A stretch of DNA of 64,000 nt from assembly GCA_964016885.1 (NCBI GenBank), contig OZ024743.1, positions 287,246,001 through 287,310,000 on the forward strand. Direction: 5' to 3'. Every line of letters starts with the position of its first letter. Position 1 is the stretch's first letter. Position numbers and translations under genes: made by a program. The stretch is from Eledone cirrhosa. Taxonomy: Eukaryota. The notes below the pieces were generated by a model. It had not been told where the DNA came from, ran no database searches, and was given only the letters and a program-made list of their open reading frames with translations. Shown here in pieces: positions 38,330 to 51,544 of this stretch.

Positions 38330-39585
38330 GCATGGCAAAGACAACTGCAATGACATTCCACCTGAATACCAAGGAGGCCACTCATAAGCTCAGTAGCCGT
38401 GACAGTTCATCACTCTCATATAATACCACACCAACATATCGCAAAGTGAAATTGGACTGACAGCTGACGTAAAGGCAGCACCTTGAGTTCTTACATGCAG
38501 AGATGTTTGCAACAAACAACCTTCGATGCCATTTAGCAAGCTCATCATGGGGTGTTAGTACATCTCACCCAAGGTACCAGTGCCCTAGCCTTAGTCTAAG
38601 GGCTGCTGCGGAGTACAACTTCCCTGCATGTAGCAGGAGCTCCCATACGTAGAAGCTAAATACATCCCTAAACAACATTTACGGTTCATCAACAGATATC
38701 TTCAACCTACACCAACTGAGTATCTACCTGTATTTTGAGGTATTGCTGCTGCATCTTTTCATAGAAAGCATTACACACACAGGTTGGTAACCAAGGCCTC
38801 AATAGGCCCAAGTCATCCACTCCATCACATAGCTGAAGATTCTCAGTTATTAAACCCACATTGCTTAGTTTCATATCACCCTTCCAGATCTGTCAACCTC
38901 TAAAAACCCAAACGGAGAGTACCATGAAAAAAAATAAGCCCCAAAACGGGGAGAAATGACGTAAAGTGGGAAGATTTTACATAATTGTTTCTACTTTTGG
39001 CACAAGGCCAGCAATTACCCAGTACATTACTGGTACTTTATTTTATCGATCCCGTAAGGATGAATGCAAAGTTAACCTCGATGGGATTTGAACTCAGACC
39101 GTAAAGGGATGTAACTATGCTGGAAAGCATGGTGTCCGACCCTCTGCCGATACTGCTAATTCACCGCGGTAAAGATTTTACATAATGAAAGCTATACCCA
39201 TTTTCACAAGAGAAGGCATCTCTCACCCACCCTATAGTGGTTGGGAGATCTCCCCCAACGGACGGGGAGAGTTTACAGGTCTGCCCTTCATAGAAAGCAT
39301 CACACACATACACATGTTGGTGACTCAATAGAGCCAAGTGATCCACTCCATTACATGGCTGAAGATTCTCAGCTACTGAGCAAACATCGTTTCATGTCAT
39401 GCTGCCCTTTCTCTTGTCACACAGTAAAGCTGCAATACTCAAATTTCAATATGCTTCAGACGTGGATAACCGGCAACAGATATAATGATCCAACAGAGCT
39501 CTCGATGAGGACAACCCTTATACGGGAGACATTTGCTTTACAAGGACGAGATTCGACGTTTGATCCCATTGTATGTCACCTTAGA
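38330..39585 (+). mobile_element. Highly decayed I-group (Ingi/Vingi-like) LINE remnant, partly duplicated, with SINE insertion
   Basis: Residual SSWG..SALAL..AAEY..W.RS.H-like pattern across frameshifts; segment 38745-38885 repeated at 39280-39410. Confidence 0.35.
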
Positions 39586-39959
39586 TCAGAGGTTCTCAAA
39601 CTTTTGAGGCCACCTCCCCACTCACGGCCCCATAATACCCCCAGCGCCCTCACCCCTATTTCCGGAGACACCTGCTAACACGCAAATTATAAATGATACA
39701 TAATAGATAAATCATTAATTTATATATGGATTGGTAGTATCGGTAGAGGGTCGGACGACATGCTTTGCAGCAAAGAGTTACGGCCCTTTGCGGTCTGAGT
39801 TCAAATCCCGCCGAGGTTAACTTTGCCTTTCATCCTTACAGGGTCGATAAAATAAAGTACCAGTAATACACTAGGATAATTGCTGGCCTTGTGCTAATAG
39901 TAGAAACAATTAATTTATATATTATATATATTTTTATTTTACTATATTTTCTATTTTTC

Positions 39960-41118
39960 TATTTCTAGGGCTGGTAAAATTACCGAGATCCATGGACGAG
40001 TTCTCTCCAGCGGTCTCTGTCCCTCATTATCGCTGCCATGTCCTGCGTCTCCAACAGACCAGTGTCTGTCCTTAGGGCATCAACATACGTTAACCTTGGT
40101 CTTCCTCTTCTAGTGTGTCCATGTAGTGGCTCCCACAGGAGCACTGAGTGCAATGTCAACTCTGGATGTCGGTGAGCATGTCCAGCTAACCTCAGTCTCC
40201 TCTGTGTCACTTTTGAGCTGACTTTTGGGAGGCTCCCATACAGCTCTGAGTTTTTCATCCTCAGTGTATACTGATTAATGTTCAGAGCTATCCTCAGCAT
40301 TCTCGTGTAGCACCCATCCACCATCTGAGTGAGTTTCTTGGTCAGTGTCCAAGTCTCAGACCCGTACAGCATCACAGAGTCCACTACAGCAATTAAGAGG
40401 CGGATTTTCAGGTCTTTACGAAGGTCCGACTTCCACACCAATCTCAAGCTGTGGCACGCCGCCCAGGCTTTGCTCTTCCTCTCAACCACATCATCTTCCG
40501 TATTCCCAATCTTTGCTCCCAAATACAGAAAGTCCTCAACCAATTCTAGCGGCTTCCCGCCTACATTAGTGATCCCCTCTGGCTTCTCAACATTCTCTAC
40601 CAGATATTTTGTTTTAGTCTCATTCATTCTCAGCCCCACATTCATCGACACAGTCTCAACCTCCTGCATCAAATCCTCTGCCTCATTCACTGTATTTGTC
40701 ACCAAAACTATGTCGTCGGCAAATTCAGCATCCGATACCTTTTTCGCCTTAACTCTCCTGCTCTGAGCCGGTGCCACAGTAAAGCCAGAGTCCTGGTGTT
40801 TCTCCAGTGCAAGGCGCATACAATAGTCCACTATGATGATAAAAAGGTAGGGAGCCAATGTATCTCCCTGGAGCACTCCAGCCAGTATCTCAAAGAACTC
40901 TGTCATCCCGTCAGGTGTAATGACTTGGGCTTTGGTGTTGGTGTAGAGCAGTGATATCAGGTCCACTATATTCTTGGGGATTCCATAAGCCTGTAAGATC
41001 TTCATCAGGCAGTGACGATCCACAGAATCAAAGGCCTTCCTAAAGTCAATGAAAACCATGACCGCAGGAAGGCACTTTGCTCTAGCTCCCTATAATATCC
41101 TCCTCAGCATCAGGATGT
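39960..41118 (-). mobile_element. 5'-truncated RTE-clade LINE with intact 359-aa RT/C-terminus
   Basis: ORF 39980-41059: FIDFRKAFDSV, GVLQGDTLAPYLF, EFADD, FLYLG, LYGSETW, RGRPRLTY. Confidence 0.92.
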
Positions 41119-41499
41119 GACATAGATGATATCAAATATCAAATGATACATAGATATATGTATCATTTGATATTTAATATACTATTGTATCATATGCATA
41201 CAATACTATAATAATATAATAAATGATAAATTCATGGCGTGCCCCAATCCGAATTTTTCTTTATACCCACTGAATTTGGTTATAACGGAATTTCACTGTA
41301 TATATAAACAGTAGCAGATGTTGAGAATGGTAGTGTGGAATTACTTTGAGGAAGAAGCAAATTTGAATTAATGGAATGAGTACAGCACGGAAAAGAAAGG
41401 TCACGTGCCAATCGGTCCCATGTTTCATTTGAAATGTCCCATGATTCATTTGAAACAACATTTTGACCACCATGATTTATTTAAGACGACATTTTTATT

Positions 41500-41960
41500 C
41501 CCATCATTCTTTTGAAACACAACTTTTATCTAGCATTATGAAGAAACGTAACTTTTATCCAGCGTAATGTACTGAGTAATTGCTGGCCTTGTGCCAAAAT
41601 TAGAAACAATTATTACTAATATTCTTAATACACTGGGTAATTGCTGGCCTTGTGCCAAAAGTAGAAACAATTATGAAGAAACGAAGGGCGGTGAATTGGC
41701 AGTATCGGTAGAATGTCGAACATGCTTTCCAGCATAGTTACGTCCCTTTACGATCTGAGTTCAAATCCTGCCGAGGTTAACTTTGCTTTCATCCTTACGG
41801 GGTCGATAAAACAAAGTACCAGTAATGTACTGGGTAATTGCTGGCCTTGTGCCTAAAATAGAAACAATTATGAAGAAACGTAACTTTTATCCAGCATTAT
41901 GAAGAAACACAACTTTTATCCAGCATTATAAAAAAACGTAACTTTTATCCAGCATTGTGA
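41500..41960 (+). repeat. ~30-bp tandem repeats interleaved with SINE and SINE-tail copies
   Basis: AACTTTTATCCAGCATTATGAAGAAACGT units and TAATTGCTGGCCTTGTGCC..AGAAACAATTA repeats. Confidence 0.75.
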
Positions 41961-42066
41961 AAAAACGCAAAAGAAGGAAAAAAGAAATACTTAAAAGCCA
42001 TAATAAACGGTAATTAATTATTGTATCAATTAATTATAGAATGTATATAAATTTTAACAGTATATA

Positions 42067-42107
<41 letters not shown>

Positions 42108-42158
42108 TTAAAATGCTGGAGAGAACAACAAAGATTTATGAATACATATATATTTAAT

Positions 42159-42269
42159 GGCTGACAAGTTGTTTCAAATATTATACAGTAAGATGTTGAG
42201 ATATCGAATATAAAACGATATTAGTGCATTAAAAATAAATAAATATGCGTCAATATTTTCATCAGCGCC
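42159..42269 (-). ncRNA. Type I hammerhead motif with long stem II insert
   Basis: GGCG-CUGAUGA-AAAUAUUG..(~65 nt)..UAAUAUUU-GAAA-CAACUUG-UC-AGCC; intact core, GUC site; first stem I pair mismatched. Confidence 0.7.
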
Positions 42270-42518
42270 TAAACAAAAATTCTTTATAATATATTGTCTA
42301 AAAAATCAGAATATATCACCGAAGTGAAAAACCTACTTTAAATGTGGAATATTATTAAACTATCTCTCTTTCCATAAACTCTCTTTCCATCTAATCGCAT
42401 GGCTCACTAGTCTAGTAATCTATATGCATTGAGCACACTAGCCTTGTCTCTGGTGGCTAGTAATCTGCATAATTAATCCCTTTTCTTTCCTCCTGATTAG
42501 CTTACTTGCTTTTTACTC

Positions 42519-42589
<71 letters not shown>

Positions 42590-42593
<4 letters not shown>

Positions 42594-42840
42594 CTCTCCA
42601 AGATGACCGCTTGAATACGCAAGTGTAAATTTTTACCTCCACAAATTGTTTCTCATTTTCTCCTGTTCCTTCCTCTTATCGTCCTTTACTTCCTAATTTC
42701 TTTTATTTCTAACTCTCTAACTTGTGATGAAGGACTAGTATCCGAAATATTAAGACTATCTTCCTGCTATTTCAAGTGTTAAACTAATGCATTTCTTCCA
42801 ATTACTGTACCGTCTGTTTTGTTATTGCTGTTTACCTTAT
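42590..42840 (+). mobile_element. PLE pLTR-like short element with degenerate hammerhead
   Basis: CUU-GUGAUGA-AGGACUAGUAUCC-GAAAUAUUAAG at 42721-42755; (TA)n flanks; homologous to 50215-50440. Confidence 0.7.
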
Positions 42841-42850
42841 ATATATATAT

Positions 42851-45290
42851 ATTGGTCGTTTTGGAAACCTCAACAATGCAGATGGATAAATCTCTGGGTA
42901 ACAGAATCCGGTGGTGAATAGATAGATGTAAGGGAATGTAGAATGAGATGTATAGTGTGTAGAGGAACATAGGAAAGAGCGTAAAAAATAAAAATAATAA
43001 CACGAGATAGAGTTACCTTTGGAGAGATAGGATTGTCCCTATATTTCGGATTCGCATCCATCAACTTGGGGGGTTTCCGAGGGGGGGGGGAGTTATCTGT
43101 CGGATAGGAACGGTACGTGGCCTCAGTTGTCCGCTGTTTGTGTGTAACTGAGGTATTCTGTAGAGCGCACGTGCGCGCGAAATAGGTGCGGTCAAGCAAA
43201 GATCAAAGCAGCTCCTTTTTATTGTGGGAGTGGGATGGTGTTAGCTGTCAATTCATTGTACTACCTATATGTACTGGTCTTTGGTACTAGCAGTGTAGTA
43301 GTCTGTCTGGTCGCTTGTTGGTCGGTGGATGGTGGGGGCGCTAAACACACAATAACAATCGTTCGAATGCCACTGTGTGTGTGTGTGTTGTTGTCTCGTT
43401 TGTTTACTCGCTTTTCTCGGATCGGTTATTTATTTGTGGTCCTAGGCGTTTGACCCAAAGTGCTTCCTTGATTCATAACGTGCCGACGTTGCGTTCTGTC
43501 GCTAGCACTGTGACAATGGGCCTTCCGTCTTTGTTTCCGCATTTGGTTATGTGTTTCCGGAAAGACGAGGCTCTGGTGTTGATGTGCTCCTTGATCCGGA
43601 TATCTAGCGGCCGGATTGTGCTACTGATATAGTAGTGGTTGTACTTGTCACATTCTACCTTGTATACAACGTATGTGCGTAAGCAACAGTTCATTTGGCA
43701 CATCGAACAGTTTCTGAGGGAACACGCGTTTGTCGATTTCCCGGGTTTCCTGGAGAGACATCTCCGTAGGGAGGGGCCCGAGTGGGCCAGGCGGATGTCG
43801 AGGCCCTCTCTCCGTATAGCCTTGCGGATAGAGTTGGTGGTTTTCTCACCCAGGTGTGGGATTTTAAGGAAGCACTTGCCTTGAGTGTTTCTCTGCCTCT
43901 TGCGTCTGGTGTCTCTTACTCTGTTTGTAAGCAAGGCTGGGTATCCGTTCGTCTCCAGCACCCTGAGGAACCACTTGGTGTGGGTGACACCACTCACGGG
44001 ATCACTACGTCTGTTTTTAATTCGCGTGATCTCGTTCGTGATGTACCCTCTTTTAGCACTGTTAGGGAGGGCAGACTTGTAGTGGATGAACAAGTCCCTG
44101 CAGGCTGCCTTGCGGTAGAAGTTGGTGTGGATCCCTCCCTGCTCCGTGATGTTGATTCGGAAGTCGAGGAGGGCAAGGGACCCATCGTCGTTGGGGTGTT
44201 CAACACTGAAATCAATGTTCTCGTCCGTGTTGTTGAACGTCTCATAAATTCCGCTCACCATCTCCTGGGAAGATGTGAGGATGAGGATGTCGTCCACATA
44301 CCTTGAGAAGAAGGCGACGGCATTGGAGTAGCATATGTTGAGTGCCTTGCACTCGAGGCTGTCCATGTATGAGATCGCTAGTACACCCGATAGGCTTGAG
44401 CCCATGGGCAGCCCCGAGGTTTGCCGGTATGTTTGGTCGAGAAAACCGAAATACGTGTTGTCAACGACGACGGATAGGAGCTGGTGGATGTCAGTGGGGG
44501 TGAGCCCGAAGCAGTTTAGGTCGGTAGATTGAACGTGTTCCATCAGTATATCAACGGCCGGGAGCGCCGGGACCGAGGTGTAAAGAGCGACCACATCAAG
44601 GCTGAAGGCATACCTGTTATCCTTTCTGGTGTCGGGATCCATTTGACGCAGGCGCTCCAACACTTCCTCGGAGCTGTTTACGTGTCCCGGCAAGGTGTCT
44701 AGTATGGGTTTGAGTATTCTGGCTAGGAGCCATGACATTTTGTAGAGTGGACCTTCCACGCTCGATACAATAGGTCTGATCTTCAGGTCGGGTCCCTGTT
44801 TGTGTGTTTTCACAAGGTCGTAGAAGGCGGGTAGTCTGCTGTTCCTCGTGAGGAGGTTGTATCTGAGCTTCTTAGGGAGCTTCCGCCGGTCACAGATGTT
44901 GATCCAGGCGGCGTTGATGTGCTCCTCGATCTGCGCGGAAGTGATTCCTGTGAGTTTGGAGTAGAGGTTGTCATCGTCAAGGTGTTGGAGGGCCAGGGTG
45001 TTGTAGGCCTCTCTGCTGATGACGCAGAATTCTTTTCCCTTGTCGGAGGGGAGGTAGATGAGGTTCTTCGATTTCAGGTTGGAGAGTGGTGAGTTGAGAT
45101 TTAGTGAGGTAATCTCGTGTTATTATTTTTATTTTTTACGCTCTTTCCCACGTTCCTCTACACACTATACATCTCATTCTACATTCCCTTACATCTCTCT
45201 CTTCACTACCATTTGTATTGTTGAGGCTTCCAAAACGACAAAAATTTTTTTTTATTATTCCACAATGCTTCAAGCAAACTTCAATACTCT
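42851..45290 (-). mobile_element. 5'-truncated Penelope-like element with inverted pLTR piece
   Basis: RT-EN ORF plus 3' UTR; 42852-43009 reappears inverted at ~45112-45240; (TA)n on both sides. Confidence 0.9.
43473..44813 (-). CDS. PLE reverse transcriptase + GIY-YIG endonuclease (Neptune/Nematis-type Cys linker), 5'-truncated
   Basis: KTHK..IRPIVS, SLDVVALYTSVP, GLPMGSSLS, RYVDD, LLDFRI, FYRK, CSLRNCSMC, VVYKVEC..YISSTIRPL..RIKEH; homology continues upstream to ~45100; probably non-functional. Confidence 0.9.
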   Translation of the reverse strand: MKTHKQGPDLKIRPIVSSVEGPLYKMSWLLARILKPILDTLPGHVNSSEEVLERLRQMDPDTRKDNRYAFSLDVVALYTSVPALPAVDILMEHVQSTDLNCFGLTPTDIHQLLSVVVDNTYFGFLDQTYRQTSGLPMGSSLSGVLAISYMDSLECKALNICYSNAVAFFSRYVDDILILTSSQEMVSGIYETFNNTDENIDFSVEHPNDDGSLALLDFRINITEQGGIHTNFYRKAACRDLFIHYKSALPNSAKRGYITNEITRIKNRRSDPVSGVTHTKWFLRVLETNGYPALLTNRVRDTRRKRQRNTQGKCFLKIPHLGEKTTNSIRKAIRREGLDIRLAHSGPSLRRCLSRKPGKSTNACSLRNCSMCQMNCCLRTYVVYKVECDKYNHYYISSTIRPLDIRIKEHINTRASSFRKHITKCGNKDGRPIVTVLATERNVGTL

Positions 45291-45341
<51 letters not shown>

Positions 45342-46900
45342 GATATTAAATAAATGGAAACTATATTTATAAAACCATATTTATTTCATTATACATATTT
45401 CAGGGATACCAAATTAAAATATGGTATGCCTTCATCAGACAAAATACAATATATAAACAGTTTTATAAATAATTTTGACGTACCCTATTAATGCAACCAT
45501 TATTTTTGGAAGCTGTCTGGATAGTGAGATGTTTATAATTATTTTATTAGTTATAGTGTTAAGCACAGTTAGAAAAAGACGGAGAGAAAGAAAAAACGGA
45601 GAGAGAGAAGGAGAGAGAAAAAGAAGGAGAGAGAGAAAAGAAAACCTGGAGAAATATCGGAGAGAGAGAGAAATGTATGTAGAAAAGAAAGATATAAATA
45701 GATAGGAGGAAATAAAAAAAGAAAGAAAAAAGGAAGAAATAAGAAAAACAAAAGAAAGCAACAGAGAGATAATAATTCATCATACAGATAGAAAAACTCA
45801 AGAGAGAGGAAATACTATATAGAGAGAGGGGGATATAGTGACAACTTTACGTCATGTCATATTAAGTTGAGTTAACAATTTATATGAAATGAATAATAAA
45901 AATATAAATATCAATATTCATGAATGGGACATAGATATATAATATGAGAAAATAACATTGTTCAATAATGACCATATGTTTAGTTTAAAATCTTGAGGTC
46001 AATATACCGAAATCTGAGTTAAAATCTTCAAAAAATACCCTATTTATAAAAATCAGGATACAAATATGTATATATATATACACACATATGTACGTCCTGA
46101 AAAAAGAAATTATGTCTACTCAAGTCAATAATATAGACACACAAATGATTTCACTTGATCACTGCTATACATTTCTTGTGTTATAAAAATTTCACAGTAT
46201 ACATACATAAAAATACGATTAATATTCATGTCCTCATATATATGATTACCGTTCATGTATTTAATATTATGCATATCTGCAACACACATCAACATATACA
46301 CACACACACATATACACATACATATGTATAAATAAATATCTGCGTGAGTCTTCCAGCATCGTTCATGTATATATACAGACATATATACAAACACATAAAT
46401 AGACCCTATAACACTTTTATATGCATGTTAATACACACATATGGCATTTGTATAGAGATAATCAAATATCAATATATTAATATAGAAATATCAAAGCATT
46501 AAATATCTTTAAAACACTATAGAGTATCTCAAGTTAAAATAAAATAATATAATATGTTTTATATATTTATTATAGAAATTTATCCTGCCTATATCTCAAA
46601 GATATTGCAAGGGTAGACATATGAAAGTTATTAGAAGCTATCAGAGTAAAAAAAAAAAAAAAAAATAATAATAATTTAAAAGATTTAGAAGACCCAGTGA
46701 TTCTACGGATACCCTTATATTTAGTATAGAAATTTATCTTACGTATATTTTATTTAATACATTGGGAGCATATACATTTTAGAGTAGTTTATTATATCCT
46801 TGTTTATATTTAGGAAGAAAGTTTAAAATGAAAAAGGTGAAGGAATCTAATGATTTATCGACAGGTTTCATATATTAACTAAATTTCTTAATTAATTATA

Positions 46901-49150
46901 CTACATTTTAAATTTATATTTATATTTAAACGTTGAGTTCAATCTATGTCTGCAGCAACTGAATAAATTGCTCCTTAAATTAAGGGAATTTTTGGACTTT
47001 AATATAAAGAATATTTCCTCTCTACAAAGATCACAATTTTCCGAAGAGGAATTAAAAGGAGTACCTTTTGAGACAATATTCCAAATCATCGAATATTTAA
47101 TATTATCTCATTTAAGGTGCCAGAGTAGGCTAGATAGCGAAGTTGAAGATTTTTTGTTTGGATCAGTGAAAGAATTCTTATGATTATTGAAGTGAAGTTT
47201 AAATTCTGTCGAGGTGGAACCAACATAGTTGAAAGAATTTAAATTAGTTTTAACATTACAATTGTACACTACATTTTTAGCTAAGCAGTTGTTATTTAAC
47301 GGACAGTTAGATTTATTTCTACAATTACAGTTATTTAATTGAATATTGTTTGGGTTATTATTGGTATTTTGGTTAGGTTTTAAATTCCTATTATTAATTC
47401 TGTTAATATTTTGTGCTAAATTTTTGGTGGACGAGTAAGTTAATTTTATAGTGTGTCTATTAAAAATTGAGTAATATTTATGTGTTCTAGGGAAGCGTTT
47501 GTCAAGAGCATTAAAGAATAGTTTAGCAATATGGGTTTTAATATTTAGTGAGAAGGGGGGGGGGGGCAAACCATAATATATTTCTAGTTCTATTTCTTTT
47601 TCGGCTTTTGGAATTATTGTAATGTTTTCTATTATAGTTGTTAAAGTTGTTACCGTAATTAAAATTGTTATTATTTTGGTTAGTTTGCTTATTATTATTA
47701 TCAATGTATTTAATTTTATCTCTATATCCTGCTCTAGCTAACGCTTCATTGTAATACTGCGCTTTTTCATCAAAAATATTTTTATTAGATGAAATTCTTG
47801 AAATTCGTTCTTGAACAGAGTTCACTATAGTATTTTTAACAGATCTGGGGGTGATTAGAGTTAAAATTGACATAATTCAAGTTCTCATTTAGTTTGTGAA
47901 ATGGATAATGAAGACATGTGTTGAGATTTAGTGTTACATCCAGAAAATTGACTATTCTATGGTTATTCTCTATTTCTATTTTTAGATTAAGGTAATTAAA
48001 AAATTGTATAATTTGTTTTCTTTTTCTATTTAGTTCACAGCTATTATTTTCAATAAGTAAAAGCATGTCATCACGATATAATCCTCCGGTTACACCTGGT
48101 ATTTTTCTATGTAGCGAATTAATGATAAATAGGCCCACAAGGTCCGTTACTTGAGTTGAGTCTGATGATCCCATAGTTATGTCGAAATTATTATCTCTAT
48201 CTGCCCTAGTCCAGAGTTGGTTATTAAATTCTATCAATGTTTTCCTTGCCGATAATATAATGTGCATTTCATTGCTAGTTAGGTCAGTATGTTTAAATGC
48301 GTAATTTAGTGCCTTATTCAGTAGATTAGGAGTGATAGATGAATAGTAGTTAGCAATATCCAGCTGAATAAACTTATTATTATAGTTATATTTAATTTCT
48401 TTAAACCACTCAATAACCTCACCAGTCCCCTTCCATAACTTTAAGTAAGGTAAATTATGTAAGTTTTTAATTTGTTGTATTACCCTGTCTAGAATGTTTT
48501 TGCTAAGTTTTCCCAGGTCAGATTTAGATGGTGCAATCAATCTGACTGGCAAATCATTTTCAAAGTTTCTTTTGTGATCTTTCATATTGATCTTGGGTTT
48601 CCTAGGCATGAAGGGTTGTGTTTTATTCTCAATGTCTAATTCATGCATTATACAAGATGCCTCTGTATTCATTTTTTCCAGTTCATCCTTACTTGCTACC
48701 TTGTACTTTTTCCTTAGTTCTTTCAATATAAGGTCATTATACATGTCCTTTTGTACTCCATAAAGGTTATTAGTTTTGTCCGATTTCACTAAGATTTTCT
48801 GTTTTTTCCAAGCTTTCAATATTATCCTTAATGCATCTTAAGTAGTCCTAGCCTTTGAAGTTTCTCTTGAATTTGATGCCTTGGATGATAGAAATTATAT
48901 CGTTTTCAAAATCCATTAGTAGTTTGTTGGGGGTTGGATTTTTTTTAGATTTGAAAATTTTATCCAAATCTGAAACATTTTCATTTAGATTAGATTTATC
49001 AAAGTGGAAAGCACGCCACCTGATTCTTCTTATAAAAGAGTCTGATTTTTCTATTAATTATTTAATAAAATCTTTGTTCCTAGGTAGAGGTATGTCTTTT
49101 AGAGAAGAAGAGATCTTAAAGAATTCCATTTTTTCAGTTATAATGTAAAG
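46901..49150 (-). pseudogene. Hydra-type PLE ORF (RT + CxC-x5-C-x5-C linker + GIY-YIG), frameshifted
   Basis: KSDKTNN, KDHK..VRLIAPSKSDLG, LDIANYYSSI, ITMGSSD, LYRDD, NFLDVTL, CNCRNKSNCPLNNNC, VVY..YVGST, CDLCREE, CCRH. Confidence 0.9.
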
Positions 49151-49790
49151 CGCTCAACAATACTGGAGCAGAATATATGCAAAAGTTCTATTTAAAATTG
49201 TTGGGATACAACAAGTGAATATTTTATAACTGATATAAAGCACTCGACAAGTTTTTGGAGTAGATATACGATATTAAATAAATGGAAACTATATTTATAA
49301 AACCATATTTATTTCATTATACATATTTCAGGGATACCAAATTAAAATATGGTATGCCTTCATCAGACAAAATACAATATATAAACAGTTTTATAAATAA
49401 TTTTGACGTACCCTATTAAATGCAACCATTATTTTTGGAAGCTGTCTGGATAGTGAGATGTTTATAATTATTTTATTAGTTATAGTGTTAAGCACTTTTT
49501 TTTTCTTTCTTTTTTATTTCCTCCTATCTATTTATATCTTTCTTTTCTACATACATTTCTCTCTCTCTCTCCGATATTTCTCCAGGTTTTCTTTTTCTCT
49601 CTCTCCTTCTTTTTCTCTCTCCTTCTCTCTCTCCGTTTTTTCTTTCTCTCCGTCTTTTTCTAACTGTGCTTAACACTATAACCAATAAAATAATTATAAA
49701 CATCTCACTATCCAGACAGCTTCCAAAAATAATGGTTGCATTTAATAGGGTACGTCAAAATTATTTATAAAACTGTTTATATATTGTATT

Positions 49791-49841
49791 TTGTCTGATG
49801 AAGGCATACCATATTTTAATTTGGTATCCCTGAAATATGTA
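49791..49841 (+). ncRNA. Hammerhead motif in Hydra pLTR (also 45392-45442 - and 49320-49370 -)
   Basis: CUGAUGA-AGGcAUACCA..UGGUAUcCCU-GAAA-UAUG-UA; core and stem II good, stem I register imperfect. Confidence 0.6.
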
Positions 49842-49979
49842 TAATGAAATAAATATGGTTTTATAAATATAGTTTCCATTTATTTAATATCGTATATCTA
49901 CTCCAAAAACTTGTCGAGTGCTTTATATCAGTTATAAAATATTTACTTGTTGTATCCCAACAATTTTAAATAGAACTTT

Positions 49980-50096
<117 letters not shown>

Positions 50097-50173
50097 AGTA
50101 TTTCCGTAGAAAAGGCAAAGCAAAGAAGAGTGCTCTTTGTATAGTACAGAGGTATTTAATTAAATAATAAACA

Positions 50174-50214
<41 letters not shown>

Positions 50215-50216
<2 letters not shown>

Positions 50217-50440
50217 AAAGGTAATCATAAATAACAAAACAGATGGTACAGTACATGGAAGAAATGTATTAGTTTAACACTTGAAATAGCAGGAAGAGTG
50301 TCTTAATATTTCGGACATTAGTCCTTCATTACAAGCTAGAGAGTTAGAAATAAAAGATATTAGAAAGTAAAGGACGATAAGAGGAAGGAACATGGGAAAA
50401 CAATTGTGGAGGTAAAAATTTACACTTGCGTATTCAAGAT
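50215..50440 (-). mobile_element. PLE pLTR-like short element with degenerate hammerhead
   Basis: Reverse complement of 42610-42840; motif 50301-50335 GUAAUGA-AGGAC UAAU GUCC-GAAA. Confidence 0.7.
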
Positions 50441-50453
50441 ATAAGTATGTATA

Positions 50454-50628
50454 CAGATGAAATTCCGTTATAAAGAATACCATTATGACGAACTTTTCAG
50501 TATAACGAAATTTTTTTCAATCCCCGAGGTAATAAAAGACGCTCAATTTGTTTTGGACGACTTCGTTATAATTTTTCGTTACAACGAACTTTTTTTATAC
50601 TCGTGAATTTCGTTATAACAGATTTTCC

Positions 50629-50631
<3 letters not shown>
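50454..50631. mobile_element. Tc1/pogo (Tigger-like) MITE
   Basis: TA flanks; TIRs CAGATGAAATTCCGTTATAA / TTATAACAGATTTTCCCTG; internal CGTTATAA repeats; solo end at ~41265-41298. Confidence 0.7.
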
Positions 50632-50662
<31 letters not shown>

Positions 50663-50666
<4 letters not shown>

Positions 50667-51268
50667 TCATCATCATCATCATCATCACCGTTTTACATCT
50701 GTTCTTCCATGCTAGCATGGGTTAGACAGGTTGTCCTGTTGTGGGCAGTGTCTGGTCGGCTGCCCATGCCTTGTTCATACAGGAACTGATTTTGGCTTGA
50801 TTTCTACAGCTGGATGCCCTTCCTAACACCAACCTCATTTACAGTGAGTGCTGGGTGCTTTTTTCTATGGCGCCTACACATCCACTTTACAGTGTGGGCT
50901 GGGTGCTTTTTTGCCGTGGCACCTCCACGAACACTTTGCAGTGGGAGGGTGTGGGGGCATATTGTCTATATGCTTCAGCTTGTACCTATGGGAGGTCGGG
51001 TACTCTGTATTACTGTGTGACGCTTTGTATTACTGTGTCATCGCCTTTGAGAGGTGTAATTGGGTAAAGTCGGCTTTTATCACCTAATCCCAGGTCTTCT
51101 TGGGTCTCCCCACTCCGCGATTTCCATTGACTTCTAATGCTCTGCACCTTTTTAAGCAGCTGTCATCCTTCATACGCATCACATGTCCATACCAACACAA
51201 CCGCCTCTCCTGCACACAGCATTTGATTCCTCTTATGCTCAGTCTCTCTCTCAATTCATTTATGCTTT
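50663..51268 (-). mobile_element. RTE 3' end + linker + motif x2 + (GAT)n composite
   Basis: Homologous to 37560-38150. Confidence 0.85.
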
Positions 51269-51286
51269 ATATATATATTAATATAT

Positions 51287-51544
51287 AATAAATGAAATCT
51301 AAGTTTTTCGAATATTAATAACATTCGATTCGTTTGCAATTATGCAAACAAGCCTCAATTTTATAGCCATGTCAGTAGAATGAACCCTTCATTCTTGCTC
51401 TTGTGTTTTGTTCGTATGCCAACACAAGAGCAAGAATGAAGGGTTCATTCTCCTGACATGGCTATAAAATTGAGGCTTGTTTGCATAACTGCAAACGAAT
51501 CGAATGTTATTATTAATATTCGAAAAACTCAGATTACATTTATT
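51287..51544. repeat. Near-perfect foldback (~120-bp arms, 13-bp spacer) between TA tracts
   Basis: Arms 51287-51407 and 51421-51544. Confidence 0.9.

Noticed and set aside
39587-39680. hAT/Charlie-like TIR CAGAGGTTCTCAAAC
   Set aside because: No matching right TIR or TSD could be located.
43473-49150. Telomerase or selenoprotein (Naiad-type) PLE
   Set aside because: Both ORFs have a C-terminal GIY-YIG, and I saw no in-frame TGA at conserved Cys positions and no telomerase-specific motifs.
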